Shown here in pieces: positions 47,262 through 56,904 of a DNA stretch of 64,000 bases. Position numbers and translations under genes: made by a program. Below the pieces are notes generated by a model. That model saw only the letters and a list, made by a program, of their open reading frames with translations, did not search any database and was not told where the DNA came from. This stretch comes from Pelobium sp. (GTDB lineage Bacteria > Bacteroidota > Bacteroidia > Sphingobacteriales > Sphingobacteriaceae), in contig DASVGY010000001.1 in the NCBI GenBank assembly GCA_036379295.1, forward strand, positions 1,163 to 65,162, given 5' to 3'. How positions within the stretch are numbered: position 1 is the first letter of the stretch; the number at the start of each line of letters is the position of its first letter.

Positions 47262-50200
47262 ATGAAAGTATATCTAAACACATTTTATAAAGCAGCTGTT
47301 TCGGCTAGCATCGTCGTATTTCTGATGTTTGGTTTTTCATCAACATTAAAAGCGCAATACTTCGGTCAAAATAAGGTACGCTACAAAAATCTAAAATTTA
47401 AAGTGTATGAAACGCCGCACTTCCAACTGTATTATTACACCAAAAACGATAGTTTAATTAAGGCTTTTGCACAAGAGAGCGAAGCTTGGTACTCTATGCA
47501 CCAACAGGTTTTTAGAGACACTTTTAAAAAACCAAACCCCATTATATTGTACGGAAACTCGCCAGAGTTTCAGCAAACAACTGCCATTGACGGGGAAATT
47601 GGTGTGGGAACCGGTGGGGTTACCGAAGGATTAAAAAACAGAGTGGTTATGCCTTTGCAAGAGATTAATTCGCAAACCCGCCACGTGTTAGGTCATGAAT
47701 TGGTTCATGCCTTCCAATACCACTCTTTAATTGAAGGCGACTCTACCCAATTAGAAAATATCGGTAATTTACCTCTTTGGATGATTGAAGGGATGGCCGA
47801 GTATCTTTCTTTAGGAAAAATAGATGCAAATACAGCAATGTGGATGCGGGATGCGGTTTTAAACAAAGATATTCCAACACTTAACGATTTAACAACAAAT
47901 AGCAAATATTTCCCCTACCGTTATGGCCAGGCTTTTTGGGCTTTTATAGGTTCCACTTATGGTGATAGTACCATTTTTCCGTTTTTTAAATCTACCGCAA
48001 AGTACGGTTACGAAATGGCTATCCGCCGCAACTTTGGTTACGATGCTAAAACGCTTTCTACCTTATGGAAAAGTTCGTTGGAAAACATGTACAAACCCTA
48101 CTTAAAAAACGCTTCAGAAAAACCAATTGGCTATAGCGTTGCTGATACAGTGAGCGGGGGCGAAATGAACGTGGCTCCAGCAATCAGCCCAGACGGAAAA
48201 TATTTGGCCTACCTATCAGAAAGAGATGTGTTTTCTATTGACTTGTACTTGGCTGATGCTAAAACCGGAAAAGTAATACGAAAGTTAACTTCAAAAATCA
48301 GCAATAGCCATATTGATGAATTTAATTTTATTGAATCTGCAGGTGCTTGGTCGCCAGATAGCAAGCAGTTTGCTTTTAGTGTTTTTGGCAAAGGGCGTAA
48401 TAACTTGGTAATTGTAGATGTGAGTAACGGTAAAACATTGTTAGATAAAGGGATGGATTTGGTGGAACAGTTTGGTAACTTAACATGGTCACCAAATGGT
48501 GTGGACATTGCTTTTTCGGGGCTAAAAAACGGCCAAAGCGATTTATTTAGCTATAATCTTAAAACAGAAAAAATAACCCAACTTACAAATGATAGGTTTA
48601 CAGATTACCAACCCTCTTACTCAAAAGACGGGAAGAAAATAATTTTTTCAACCGATAGGTTAAGCGCCCTTAGCGATAATATTAAATCTACTATTCCTAT
48701 GGGTATCGCTATATTGGATTTACCCAGCCAACAAATTACCAATATAAACGTGTTTCCGGGTGCTAATAATTTTAATGCGCTTTTTGCTGATGATGATACC
48801 AATATCTACTTTTTATCTAACCGCGATGGCTTCCGAAACCTTTACAAGTACAATTTGCAGAGTGCAAAAACAGAACAATTAACAGACTATTTTACGGGCA
48901 TTAGCGGCATTACAGAAGCTTCGCCCGCCCTAAGTATTTCTAACAATAATGATATTGTTTATTCATATTACCGCTCTCAGCGCTACACTTTATATAATGC
49001 CAAGGCAAGCGAATTTACGCCGCAAATCGTAAATAATGAAAACGTTGATTTAACTGCTGCTACACTTCCGCCTCCGGGTTTTGTTGGGGTAAATATTATT
49101 AATAAAAACCTACATAACTTTCAGGCTTATAATGATTTGCCTACAGATTCTGTAAAAGCGATACCTTTTAAATCGCAATTTAAGTTAGATTATATTGCTA
49201 ATAATGGCGCTGGTGTTTCTACCAGTAGATTTGGAACAGGGTTATCTGGTGGGGTGCAAGCGATATTTAGCGACATTTTAAGCAGAAATAAAATTTTTGC
49301 AGCAGCAACAGTAAATGGCGAAATTTATGATGCGGGTGCTCAAATTGCCTACGTAAACGAACAAAGTAGGTGGAGCTGGGGCGGCGCTGTTTCACATATT
49401 CCTTACCAATTTGGTACCTATGGCGCAAAACTCGATAATACAACCACAAATCCAAGCTATATAGAATACATTGACCTTGTACGTGTTTTCGAAGAATCTG
49501 CTCAGGCATTTACCGCTTACCCTTTTAATAAAATTACCCGTTTAGAGTTTGGCGGTGGTTTTTCTAAATACTCGTACCGCGTAGATAGATACAGCACCTA
49601 TTATGCTGCATCGGTTGATAACAGCGGAAATATAACAGGCATCAGTTATTACCCTTATGATCAGGATAGGCGTAAGATTTCCATTAGTGAGTATAACGCC
49701 AGTTCTGCAAACAGCTTCTACGGAAGCTATAACCTGCGGCCTTACACTATTTTCCAACTGAACACGGCTTTAGTTGGCGATAATTCTGTCTCTGGCGTTG
49801 CATCGCCTTTAGATGGTTACCGTTACCGAGTTGGGCTCGAGCAATATTTCGGGACTTTTACTTACACGGCTCCAACTATTGATTTAAGAAAATATGTGCG
49901 AACAAAACCGGTAACTTTTGCCGGCAGAATTTACGGTTACGGACGACTTGGAAACGCCAATAACCAACTTTATCCAATATTTATTGGTTATCCATACCTG
50001 ATAAGAGGATACGAGGCTAATAGCTTTTATGGTAACAATTCATCACAAAACTCATCTTCAAACGGGTTCAACCTCGACCAGTTAGTAGGAAACCGAATTG
50101 CAGTTATTAATCTTGAGGTTCGTTTACCTTTTACCGGACCAGAAAAATTATCGGTAATACCTTCTAAATTTTTGTTTTCAGAACTGAATTTATTTTTTGA

Positions 50201-50447
50201 TGGAGGCTTAGCGTGGGATAAAGGCCAAAAGGTAGACTTCGGGCGTCAAGGGCCGCCACTAGTTAATCCGGCGGATCCTAGTCAAGGGTTTAACGCAAAT
50301 GTTAAAGTGCCTGCATATAGTGCGGGTATTTCTGCAAGGGTAAACGTATTTGGTTACTTTGTGTTGGAGCCCTATTTGGCTTTCCCTTTTAACCGAAAAG
50401 ATGTTAAAAAGCCAGTGTTCGGGCTTGCCTTTTCTCCGGGATGGTAA
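47262..50447 (+). CDS. Metallopeptidase-like + TolB/PD40 propeller + Omp85-like barrel protein
   Basis: Signal peptide, HELVH…EGMAEY, PAISPDG/WSPDS/WSPNG/YSKDG repeats, IRGY loop, amphipathic strands, terminal W. Confidence 0.8.
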   Translation: MKVYLNTFYKAAVSASIVVFLMFGFSSTLKAQYFGQNKVRYKNLKFKVYETPHFQLYYYTKNDSLIKAFAQESEAWYSMHQQVFRDTFKKPNPIILYGNSPEFQQTTAIDGEIGVGTGGVTEGLKNRVVMPLQEINSQTRHVLGHELVHAFQYHSLIEGDSTQLENIGNLPLWMIEGMAEYLSLGKIDANTAMWMRDAVLNKDIPTLNDLTTNSKYFPYRYGQAFWAFIGSTYGDSTIFPFFKSTAKYGYEMAIRRNFGYDAKTLSTLWKSSLENMYKPYLKNASEKPIGYSVADTVSGGEMNVAPAISPDGKYLAYLSERDVFSIDLYLADAKTGKVIRKLTSKISNSHIDEFNFIESAGAWSPDSKQFAFSVFGKGRNNLVIVDVSNGKTLLDKGMDLVEQFGNLTWSPNGVDIAFSGLKNGQSDLFSYNLKTEKITQLTNDRFTDYQPSYSKDGKKIIFSTDRLSALSDNIKSTIPMGIAILDLPSQQITNINVFPGANNFNALFADDDTNIYFLSNRDGFRNLYKYNLQSAKTEQLTDYFTGISGITEASPALSISNNNDIVYSYYRSQRYTLYNAKASEFTPQIVNNENVDLTAATLPPPGFVGVNIINKNLHNFQAYNDLPTDSVKAIPFKSQFKLDYIANNGAGVSTSRFGTGLSGGVQAIFSDILSRNKIFAAATVNGEIYDAGAQIAYVNEQSRWSWGGAVSHIPYQFGTYGAKLDNTTTNPSYIEYIDLVRVFEESAQAFTAYPFNKITRLEFGGGFSKYSYRVDRYSTYYAASVDNSGNITGISYYPYDQDRRKISISEYNASSANSFYGSYNLRPYTIFQLNTALVGDNSVSGVASPLDGYRYRVGLEQYFGTFTYTAPTIDLRKYVRTKPVTFAGRIYGYGRLGNANNQLYPIFIGYPYLIRGYEANSFYGNNSSQNSSSNGFNLDQLVGNRIAVINLEVRLPFTGPEKLSVIPSKFLFSELNLFFDGGLAWDKGQKVDFGRQGPPLVNPADPSQGFNANVKVPAYSAGISARVNVFGYFVLEPYLAFPFNRKDVKKPVFGLAFSPGW

Positions 50448-50487
50448 AACTATTTGGCGGTAGAATACGTTTGTAATTAAAAAAACT

Positions 50488-51000
50488 ATGAAAAGTTTAC
50501 AATATATATCAATTTTTGCTTTGGCAATTAGTACGTTAAGCTCCTGCGGGCAATCAAAAAGCGCTACCTCAGATAATTCAAGCGCACTAGAAGAAAAAAA
50601 AGGAAAATTTCCGATAGAAAAAACAGAATCACAATGGAGGGAAATTTTGGGGCCTCAGGCCTTTGAAGTAATGGTGAAAGAAGGTACCGAACCTGCTTTT
50701 AAAAATGCCTACTACAACAACCACAAAAAGGGAATTTATGTAAGTGCTGCAACTGGCGAACCGCTGTTTAGTTCTGATGATAAGTTTGACTCGGGAACCG
50801 GCTGGCCAAGCTTTACAAAACCTATTAATGATAAAGCCGTAATATGGACAAAAGACACCTCCTACGGAATGACGCGTGATGAAATAATTGAGGCTAAAAC
50901 AGGCCTGCATTTGGGGCATGTTTTTAATGATGGCCCTGCTCCAACGGGTTTAAGATATTGTATCAACTCAGCAGCTTTAAAATTTATACCTGCAAATTAA
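50488..51000 (+). CDS. msrB: Peptide methionine-R-sulfoxide reductase, lipoprotein
   Basis: GTEPAF, DSGTGWPSF, HLGHVFNDGP, RYCINS; lipobox LSSC; no Zn CxxC pairs. Confidence 0.95.
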   Translation: MKSLQYISIFALAISTLSSCGQSKSATSDNSSALEEKKGKFPIEKTESQWREILGPQAFEVMVKEGTEPAFKNAYYNNHKKGIYVSAATGEPLFSSDDKFDSGTGWPSFTKPINDKAVIWTKDTSYGMTRDEIIEAKTGLHLGHVFNDGPAPTGLRYCINSAALKFIPAN

Positions 51001-51015
51001 ACACATAAAACATCC

Positions 51016-51053
51016 AAAAAAGGCTTATGACATTTAATCATAAGCCTTTTTTT
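51016..51053 (+). terminator. Intrinsic terminator after msrB
   Basis: AAAAAAGGCTTATGA…TCATAAGCCTTTTTT. Confidence 0.8.
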
Positions 51054-51175
51054 ATGGCTGGTGCAAAATCATTACTGGCGAAATAGCTAAAAACATCCGG
51101 ATTTTTTCGCTTAAAATTTGGCTTCTAAATTGTAAGTAGTTAAAAAATAGCCAATTTTTACTTAAAACTTTAGTT

Positions 51176-51721
51176 ATGTCTGATTCAAAGAACAACTTTT
51201 TCGAAAGATTTTCTAACGCGATGACACAGTTCACCGGTAGTTCAACCGCCTTTATTATCGCTGTTGCTATTGTTGTGGTATGGGGCATTAGCGGTCCTAT
51301 TTTCCAATATTCAGAAACGTGGCAATTGGTAATAAATACGGGAACCACCATTATAACTTTTTTAATGGTCTTCTTAATCCAAAAGGCACAAAACAAAGAT
51401 GGAAAAGCTATCCAACTGAAACTGAACGAACTACTTGCCGCTACCAAAGGCGCAAGTAACAGAATGGTAAGCATTGAGGATTTAAATGAAGAAGAATTAG
51501 ATAAGTTACATCGCTTTTACGAAAAGCTAGCCAATCTGGAAAAAAAAACCCAGGATTTTGGTAAAACACATTCAATTGATGCCGCAGAAACTTCGCACAA
51601 TAAAAAATACGCACCAAGCAAACAAAGTGAAGAAAAAGCTGCACAGCCAATGCCAAAACGTAGTGCAACAAGGCAAAGCGCTAAGGTAAAAACCAACACC
51701 AAGCCAGCTAAAAAAACTTAA
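51176..51721 (+). CDS. Low-affinity iron permease (Fet4-like) family protein
   Basis: WQLVINTGTTIITFLMVFLIQ…QN…AIQLKLNEL signature; basic low-complexity tail. Confidence 0.85.
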   Translation: MSDSKNNFFERFSNAMTQFTGSSTAFIIAVAIVVVWGISGPIFQYSETWQLVINTGTTIITFLMVFLIQKAQNKDGKAIQLKLNELLAATKGASNRMVSIEDLNEEELDKLHRFYEKLANLEKKTQDFGKTHSIDAAETSHNKKYAPSKQSEEKAAQPMPKRSATRQSAKVKTNTKPAKKT

Positions 51722-54090
51722 TTGAGGTAAACATAGGTTATTCCGTCGCCGCCCCTATCGGCATGTTCATCTTCCATTTTTGCAACCTGTGGATAAGCTT
51801 TTAAGTAATTACGTATTAATTTTCTGAGAATGCCATCGCCTTTACCGTGGATAACCTTAAAAGACGAAAACCCGAACATTACAGCCCTATCAAAATATCG
51901 TTCAAGTTCTGCCAGCGCATCTTCTCCCCGTTTACCTCTTAAATCTAACTCCATAGAAAAACTAGCCGACGATGCTGTATAACTTGAAGTACCAAAACGT
52001 TTGATTTCTTTAGGTACGCTTTTGCTAGAAACCTTTGTTACTTTCTTGCGTTTCACTACCGAACGCAGCTCGCCAAAGGCAACAATTAAATTATCTTTTG
52101 ATATTTCTAAAACCTGCACCAAATTTTCAGAATCGGGGAGTTTTACCCAATCTCCAACGGCAACTGCCTCGTCACCATCTTTTTGTTGCACTTTGTTTGG
52201 TACTTGTGGCTTTATTTCGTTTGCTTTAAGCGCAGAACTTAGCCCTGCCCTTAGCTGCTGCGTTTTAGTCTTATCGGCTTTAACTTCTTTAATTTCGGCA
52301 ATGGTATTTTCTACCAGTTTATTGGCGCTTTTGATAATCTGCTGCGCCTCTGTTTTGGCTTCGCGTATTAAAGTTCGTTTATTTTCATCGTAGTAAGCTT
52401 TTAATTTTTCGTTTTCAGCTAATAACGACTGGTATTTCTGCTTTTGCTTATCCAACAATACTTTGCGCTCAAAAACTTCCTTTTTGTCGCGTTCTAAATC
52501 CACCAAAAGGGTGTCTATCTTACGCTGTTGAACGCTGATTTTACTTTTGGCTAAATCAATCAAATGTTTGGATAAACCTATTTTCTGTGCAATTTCAAAA
52601 GCGTAAGAACTTCCTGGCTTACCCATTTCTAACATATACATCGGCTGTAGCTGCTCGTTATCAAAAACCATTGAAGCATTTTCTAAACCCTCTGCGCTAT
52701 TTGCGTAAAGTTTAAGATTAGAATAATGGGTGGTTATCATTCCGAAAGAGCGCTTTTGGTTCACTTGTTCCAGCACCGCTTCGGCAATTGGCCCACCAAA
52801 CAAAGGGTCGGTTCCGGTACCAAACTCATCAATTAAAATTAGCGTTTTGTTAGAGGCATGCTCTGTAAAGTACTTCATTTTAGATAGGTGCGCACTGTAA
52901 GTACTTAAATCGCTTTCAATGGATTGGTCATCGCCAATATCCGCAAAAAGTTGTTTAAATATCCCTATTTCAGACTCTGCACTTGCGGGTATTAACAAGC
53001 CTGCCTGCGTCATAATCTGCAATAAGCCAACAGTCTTCATCGCTACAGACTTTCCGCCAGCATTAGGTCCAGAAACCAATAATATCCTTACTTTTTCATC
53101 TAAGTGTACATTTAAAGAAACAACTGATTTTCCGCTTTCTTTATGGTTTAATAAGAGCAAGGGGTGTTTTGCATTGATGAGTTTCAACCTTGTTTCTTTC
53201 AGCAAAACAGGCATTTGCGCATCAATTTTAATGGCAAAAAGCGCTTTTGCCCTAACAAAATCGAGCTTGGTTAAAAAACCATGGTAAGAAAAAATTATGG
53301 GCACATACGGCCGAAGTTGATTGGTAAGTTCGGTTAAAATCCTAATGACTTCCCTACGCTTTTCAAATTCTAAGTCCCTTATTTTATTGTTTAGCGCAAA
53401 AACCTCTTCCGGCTCAACGTAAACGGTTTGCCCCGACGCCGATTCATCATGTACAAACCCTTTGACTTTACGCTTGTTTTCTGATAAAATGGGGATGCAA
53501 ACTCTTCCGTCTCTTACGGTTAAGCTTCCATCGGCTGTCCAATTATTGTTTTGGGCATTCTTATAAATCTGGTCTATTTTTTTTAAAGCCTCCTGCTCTG
53601 CCTTTGCAATTGCTGTTGTAATATCAGACAGTAATCTGGAGGCATTAGGTTTCATTTTTCCCTTCGGATCAATCACGGCTTCAATGTGCCTGATAATTCC
53701 TTTTTCTACGGGCAAATGCTCAAAAAGTGCTTCTAAGTTGGGATACAAACCATTACGCTCCTCAAAATACCGGATAACGGCAAAAACGGTCTGCAAAGAA
53801 ACATAAATTTGAAAAACCTCTTCTTCGCTTAAAAATGCGCCTTCTAACCTTGCTTTTTCTGCCAGTTTTTTGATATCATAAAAACTTTGGATGGGTAAAG
53901 GCTGGTCATTCTCAATAATATCTTTAAACTCGGCTGTTTGTCTTAAAAATTTATTAATCTGGTCATACTGGCTCATGAACTGGATTTTATCCACCATTCC
54001 CCTACCCATCTCACTCATGCACAAGCCTTTTATCAAATCTTTGATATCATCAAAGCCTAACTTATGCAGACTATTTTGCGGATAAATCAT
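51718..54090 (-). CDS. mutS2: MutS2 (RqcU-type) ATPase with Smr domain
   Basis: HDESASGQT, GPNAGGKS, DIGDDQSIE…STYS, DEFGTGTDP, LDLRG…IHGKGDG. Confidence 0.95.
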   Translation of the reverse strand: MIYPQNSLHKLGFDDIKDLIKGLCMSEMGRGMVDKIQFMSQYDQINKFLRQTAEFKDIIENDQPLPIQSFYDIKKLAEKARLEGAFLSEEEVFQIYVSLQTVFAVIRYFEERNGLYPNLEALFEHLPVEKGIIRHIEAVIDPKGKMKPNASRLLSDITTAIAKAEQEALKKIDQIYKNAQNNNWTADGSLTVRDGRVCIPILSENKRKVKGFVHDESASGQTVYVEPEEVFALNNKIRDLEFEKRREVIRILTELTNQLRPYVPIIFSYHGFLTKLDFVRAKALFAIKIDAQMPVLLKETRLKLINAKHPLLLLNHKESGKSVVSLNVHLDEKVRILLVSGPNAGGKSVAMKTVGLLQIMTQAGLLIPASAESEIGIFKQLFADIGDDQSIESDLSTYSAHLSKMKYFTEHASNKTLILIDEFGTGTDPLFGGPIAEAVLEQVNQKRSFGMITTHYSNLKLYANSAEGLENASMVFDNEQLQPMYMLEMGKPGSSYAFEIAQKIGLSKHLIDLAKSKISVQQRKIDTLLVDLERDKKEVFERKVLLDKQKQKYQSLLAENEKLKAYYDENKRTLIREAKTEAQQIIKSANKLVENTIAEIKEVKADKTKTQQLRAGLSSALKANEIKPQVPNKVQQKDGDEAVAVGDWVKLPDSENLVQVLEISKDNLIVAFGELRSVVKRKKVTKVSSKSVPKEIKRFGTSSYTASSASFSMELDLRGKRGEDALAELERYFDRAVMFGFSSFKVIHGKGDGILRKLIRNYLKAYPQVAKMEDEHADRGGDGITYVYLN

Positions 54091-54628
54091 TTTTTAGTTT
54101 GCTGTTTTTTAAATTATCGGTTTTATTAGTGGTTAAGCTGTCCACTTTATTATTTACCGTATCCTTAGTAAGCTTATATTTTTGGTATCGCGTTGCTATG
54201 TCGCTTAGGTAGTAACCTGGGTTGATAAATTTTGGCGAGTCGAAAGTGAAACCTTTAAGAATATAATTTTGCAAAGGTTCGGTGTACCTGCCTTCGGCCT
54301 CTAATTTTTCTTTTAGCCGCGTTAAGCTATCAGAAATCATAGAATACATAGAGTCTAATTGCGCAGGCTCTTCGCTATAAAATTTAAGGCTGTTGGTAAA
54401 CGTGGCAGAATCTATACCGTATTTTTTAAAAAGATACTGGTACCTGCTTTTAGCCTGCATTTTCATGGTATCACTATTATAAACCAGGGTTAAAGCAGCA
54501 TCTGTTAGCTGCATATCCAACAGCACATTTAGCATTTTTTCTTTTGCAATTATGCCTTTAGGCGCATTATTTTGGTTACAGGCAACATAAAAAAGTACAG
54601 CGGCCAGCAGTAGTAACAATTTTCTCAT
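54071..54628 (-). CDS. DUF4296-like lipoprotein
   Basis: Lipobox VAC, KMLNVLLDMQL, FKKYGIDSATF…S…Y; ATG 54628 preferred. Confidence 0.75.
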   Translation of the reverse strand: MRKLLLLLAAVLFYVACNQNNAPKGIIAKEKMLNVLLDMQLTDAALTLVYNSDTMKMQAKSRYQYLFKKYGIDSATFTNSLKFYSEEPAQLDSMYSMISDSLTRLKEKLEAEGRYTEPLQNYILKGFTFDSPKFINPGYYLSDIATRYQKYKLTKDTVNNKVDSLTTNKTDNLKNSKLKNDLSAK

Positions 54629-54654
54629 AAATAAAAACGCCAATCTTAACAATT

Positions 54655-54700
54655 CAAAGATACTTGCGTTCTTGTTATAGCGCAAGCATTCGTACTTTTG
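54655..54700. promoter_or_regulatory. Back-to-back divergent -7 elements
   Basis: Minus TATCTTTG (54662-54655) and plus TACTTTTG (54693-54700), with a CTTGCG…CGCAAG inverted repeat between them. Confidence 0.5.
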
Positions 54701-54728
54701 GCAAATAATCCTATAAAATTAAACATTA

Positions 54729-55400
54729 ATGAGCATTACAGACAATATAAAAGCAATAAAGAAAGAAATAGAAAGCGTAGCGGTTAAATTGGTTGCTGTT
54801 TCAAAAACAAAACCAGCTGAAGATATTTTGGAAGCTTATAATGCCGGCCAGCGGATTTTTGGAGAAAACCAGGTGCAGGAAATGGTGGAGAAGTACCAAG
54901 CTTTACCAAAAGATATTGAATGGCATTTGGTGGGGCATTTGCAAAGCAATAAAGCTAAATATATTGCGCCATTTGTAAGTTTAATACATGGCGTAGATAG
55001 CTTAAAACTGTTGACAGAGATTAACAAGCAAGCGCTAAAAAACAATCGTATAATTGATTGTTTGTTACAGATTTACATTGCTGACGAAGAAACGAAGTTT
55101 GGTTTGGGCTTTGACGAGGCAATTGAACTTTTAGAATCACAAGAATTTATAGAATTAAAAAACATCAGGATTGTTGGCTTAATGGGAATTGCCACCAATA
55201 CCGAAAACCCAAAGCAAATAAAAGAAGAGTTTTACGAACTGCAAACCCTATTTAAAGGCATTAAGTTGAGCTACTTTAAAAATGAAGATAGTTTTAAAGA
55301 GCTTTCTATGGGGATGTCTGCTGATTATAAGATAGCGATTGAGCAAGGTTCTACTCTGGTGCGGATTGGCAGTGATATTTTTGGAGAAAGAGGTGGTTAG
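54729..55400 (+). CDS. yggS: PLP homeostasis protein YggS
   Basis: LVAVSKTK, FGENQVQE, WHLVGHLQSNK, LSMGMSADY, VRIGSDIFG. Confidence 0.95.
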   Translation: MSITDNIKAIKKEIESVAVKLVAVSKTKPAEDILEAYNAGQRIFGENQVQEMVEKYQALPKDIEWHLVGHLQSNKAKYIAPFVSLIHGVDSLKLLTEINKQALKNNRIIDCLLQIYIADEETKFGLGFDEAIELLESQEFIELKNIRIVGLMGIATNTENPKQIKEEFYELQTLFKGIKLSYFKNEDSFKELSMGMSADYKIAIEQGSTLVRIGSDIFGERGG

Positions 55401-55502
55401 TTTGTTAGGTGGTTAGGTGGTTGGGTCTTATAATGTGGCTATTTAGTTCATTAGTCATTAGGGCTTTTGGTGAGGTTAGCTTCTTAGTTCATTAGTCATT
55501 AG
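55392..55502. repeat. Short tandem and direct repeats downstream of yggS
   Basis: GGTGGTTA-like octamer x4 (55392-55423); exact 19-mer TTAGTTCATTAGTCATTAG at 55443-55461 and 55484-55502. Confidence 0.7.
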
Positions 55503-55538
55503 TTATAAAGTAAATTAAATATTCCCGGTAGCAGATAG

Positions 55539-55571
55539 CTCCCTCTCCTTCGGAGAGGGCTGGGGTGAGGC
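55539..55571 (+). repeat. REP-like element, copy 1
   Basis: CCCTCTCC-TTC-GGAGAGGG hairpin plus GGGGTGAGG tail; 31/33 identical to the reverse complement of 60976-61008. Confidence 0.8.
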
Positions 55572-55574
55572 ATT

Positions 55575-56039
55575 ATGAACATAGAAATTAGATTTGCACA
55601 GGAAAATGATTGCGAAAGAATGCTTGAGCTGATTCATGAACTGGCACTTTACGAAAAAATGCCAGATGAGGTAAGCGTTACTTTGGCTGAGTTTAAAGCT
55701 GCCGGTTTCGGCGAGGAACCCGTTTGGAAAGCCTTTGTTGCTGTCTGCAACGGCTGTATAGAAGGTTTTGCTTTATACTATATTAGGTATTCAACCTGGA
55801 AAGGCCCGCGTTTATATTTAGAAGATTTTATTGTGACCGAAAAAATGCGTGGTAAAGGGCTAGGGAAAATCCTTTTTGAACGCGTAATTGAGGAAGCAAA
55901 AGTCCGTGATTACAAAGGAATGGTTTGGCAGGTTTTAGATTGGAACCAACCTGCAATTAATTTTTACAATAAATACAATGCCGCATTGGAAGCTGGTTGG
56001 CTTAATGCGTCGCTTTCTTATGAACAAATTAAAAGTTAA
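55575..56039 (+). CDS. GNAT acetyltransferase (spermidine/diamine acetyltransferase-like)
   Basis: ELALYEK, YSTWKG, YLEDFIV…RGKGLG, VLDWNQPAINFY. Confidence 0.88.
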   Translation: MNIEIRFAQENDCERMLELIHELALYEKMPDEVSVTLAEFKAAGFGEEPVWKAFVAVCNGCIEGFALYYIRYSTWKGPRLYLEDFIVTEKMRGKGLGKILFERVIEEAKVRDYKGMVWQVLDWNQPAINFYNKYNAALEAGWLNASLSYEQIKS

Positions 56040-56040
56040 T

Positions 56041-56901
56041 ATGCGATACATTTTAATTATAGCTGCTTTAATGTGTTTTAGTGCCTGCCAAAATGGTAAA
56101 ACAACAACTGCCAATAGTTCTTCAGCTTCTTCTTCGGCTATCAGTTCTGATGATGCTTCCATACAAAACTCAAAAAAGAACGATTATTTTAAAGACAGTT
56201 TAGCCTATAAAACCATCTCTTTTTATAAAGAGACTAAAAAAAGTAGCCTGCTTGCCGACAGCAATAAGTTCGCTTACGTTAAAGCTAGCTACCCGCAATT
56301 TGCTGATAAACAGGTGTTCTTAAATAAAGAAATTAATACAATTATCACCGCTAAGCCGTGGACGGGCGAACCCGCTGAAAACATTGAAGCTGCAACAGCG
56401 TCTTTTTTTAAAGATTACTACAATTTTAAAAAAGATGCGCCAGACAGTCCTGCTGGTTACGAGTGGATAAATAACGTAGAGGTAAGTTTTCAGGATACAA
56501 ATTTGGTTGTACTAACCACCACCGCATACGTATATACAGGTGGGGCACACGGGCTTGAAAGCATAACTTATAAAAACCTCGACGTTAAAAACAAAAAAGA
56601 AATAGCCTTAAAGGATTTGTTTTTGCCAAATTTTAACAGCAAACTAACCAAAATTGCCGAGTCTATTTTTAGAAAAGATGAAGGTTTAACCCAAACCGAA
56701 CCTTTAGAAAACTACTTTTTTGAGAACAAAGCCTTTACACTTAACAACAATTTCGCGATTACAAAAAAGGGTTTACTTTTTACATACAACCCTTACGAAA
56801 TTAAATCTTATGCAGAAGGCACCACCAACCTGCTTATCCCTTACCTAAAAATCAAAAATTTAATAAAGCCAAAAAGCTTTATTTCAACATATATCAAATA
56901 A
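56041..56901 (+). CDS. DUF4163/DUF3298 (PdaC/RsiV-like) lipoprotein
   Basis: Lipobox SAC, YTGGAHG, YNPYEIKSYAEG; ATG 56041 preferred. Confidence 0.82.
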   Translation: MRYILIIAALMCFSACQNGKTTTANSSSASSSAISSDDASIQNSKKNDYFKDSLAYKTISFYKETKKSSLLADSNKFAYVKASYPQFADKQVFLNKEINTIITAKPWTGEPAENIEAATASFFKDYYNFKKDAPDSPAGYEWINNVEVSFQDTNLVVLTTTAYVYTGGAHGLESITYKNLDVKNKKEIALKDLFLPNFNSKLTKIAESIFRKDEGLTQTEPLENYFFENKAFTLNNNFAITKKGLLFTYNPYEIKSYAEGTTNLLIPYLKIKNLIKPKSFISTYIK

Positions 56902-56904
56902 AAA

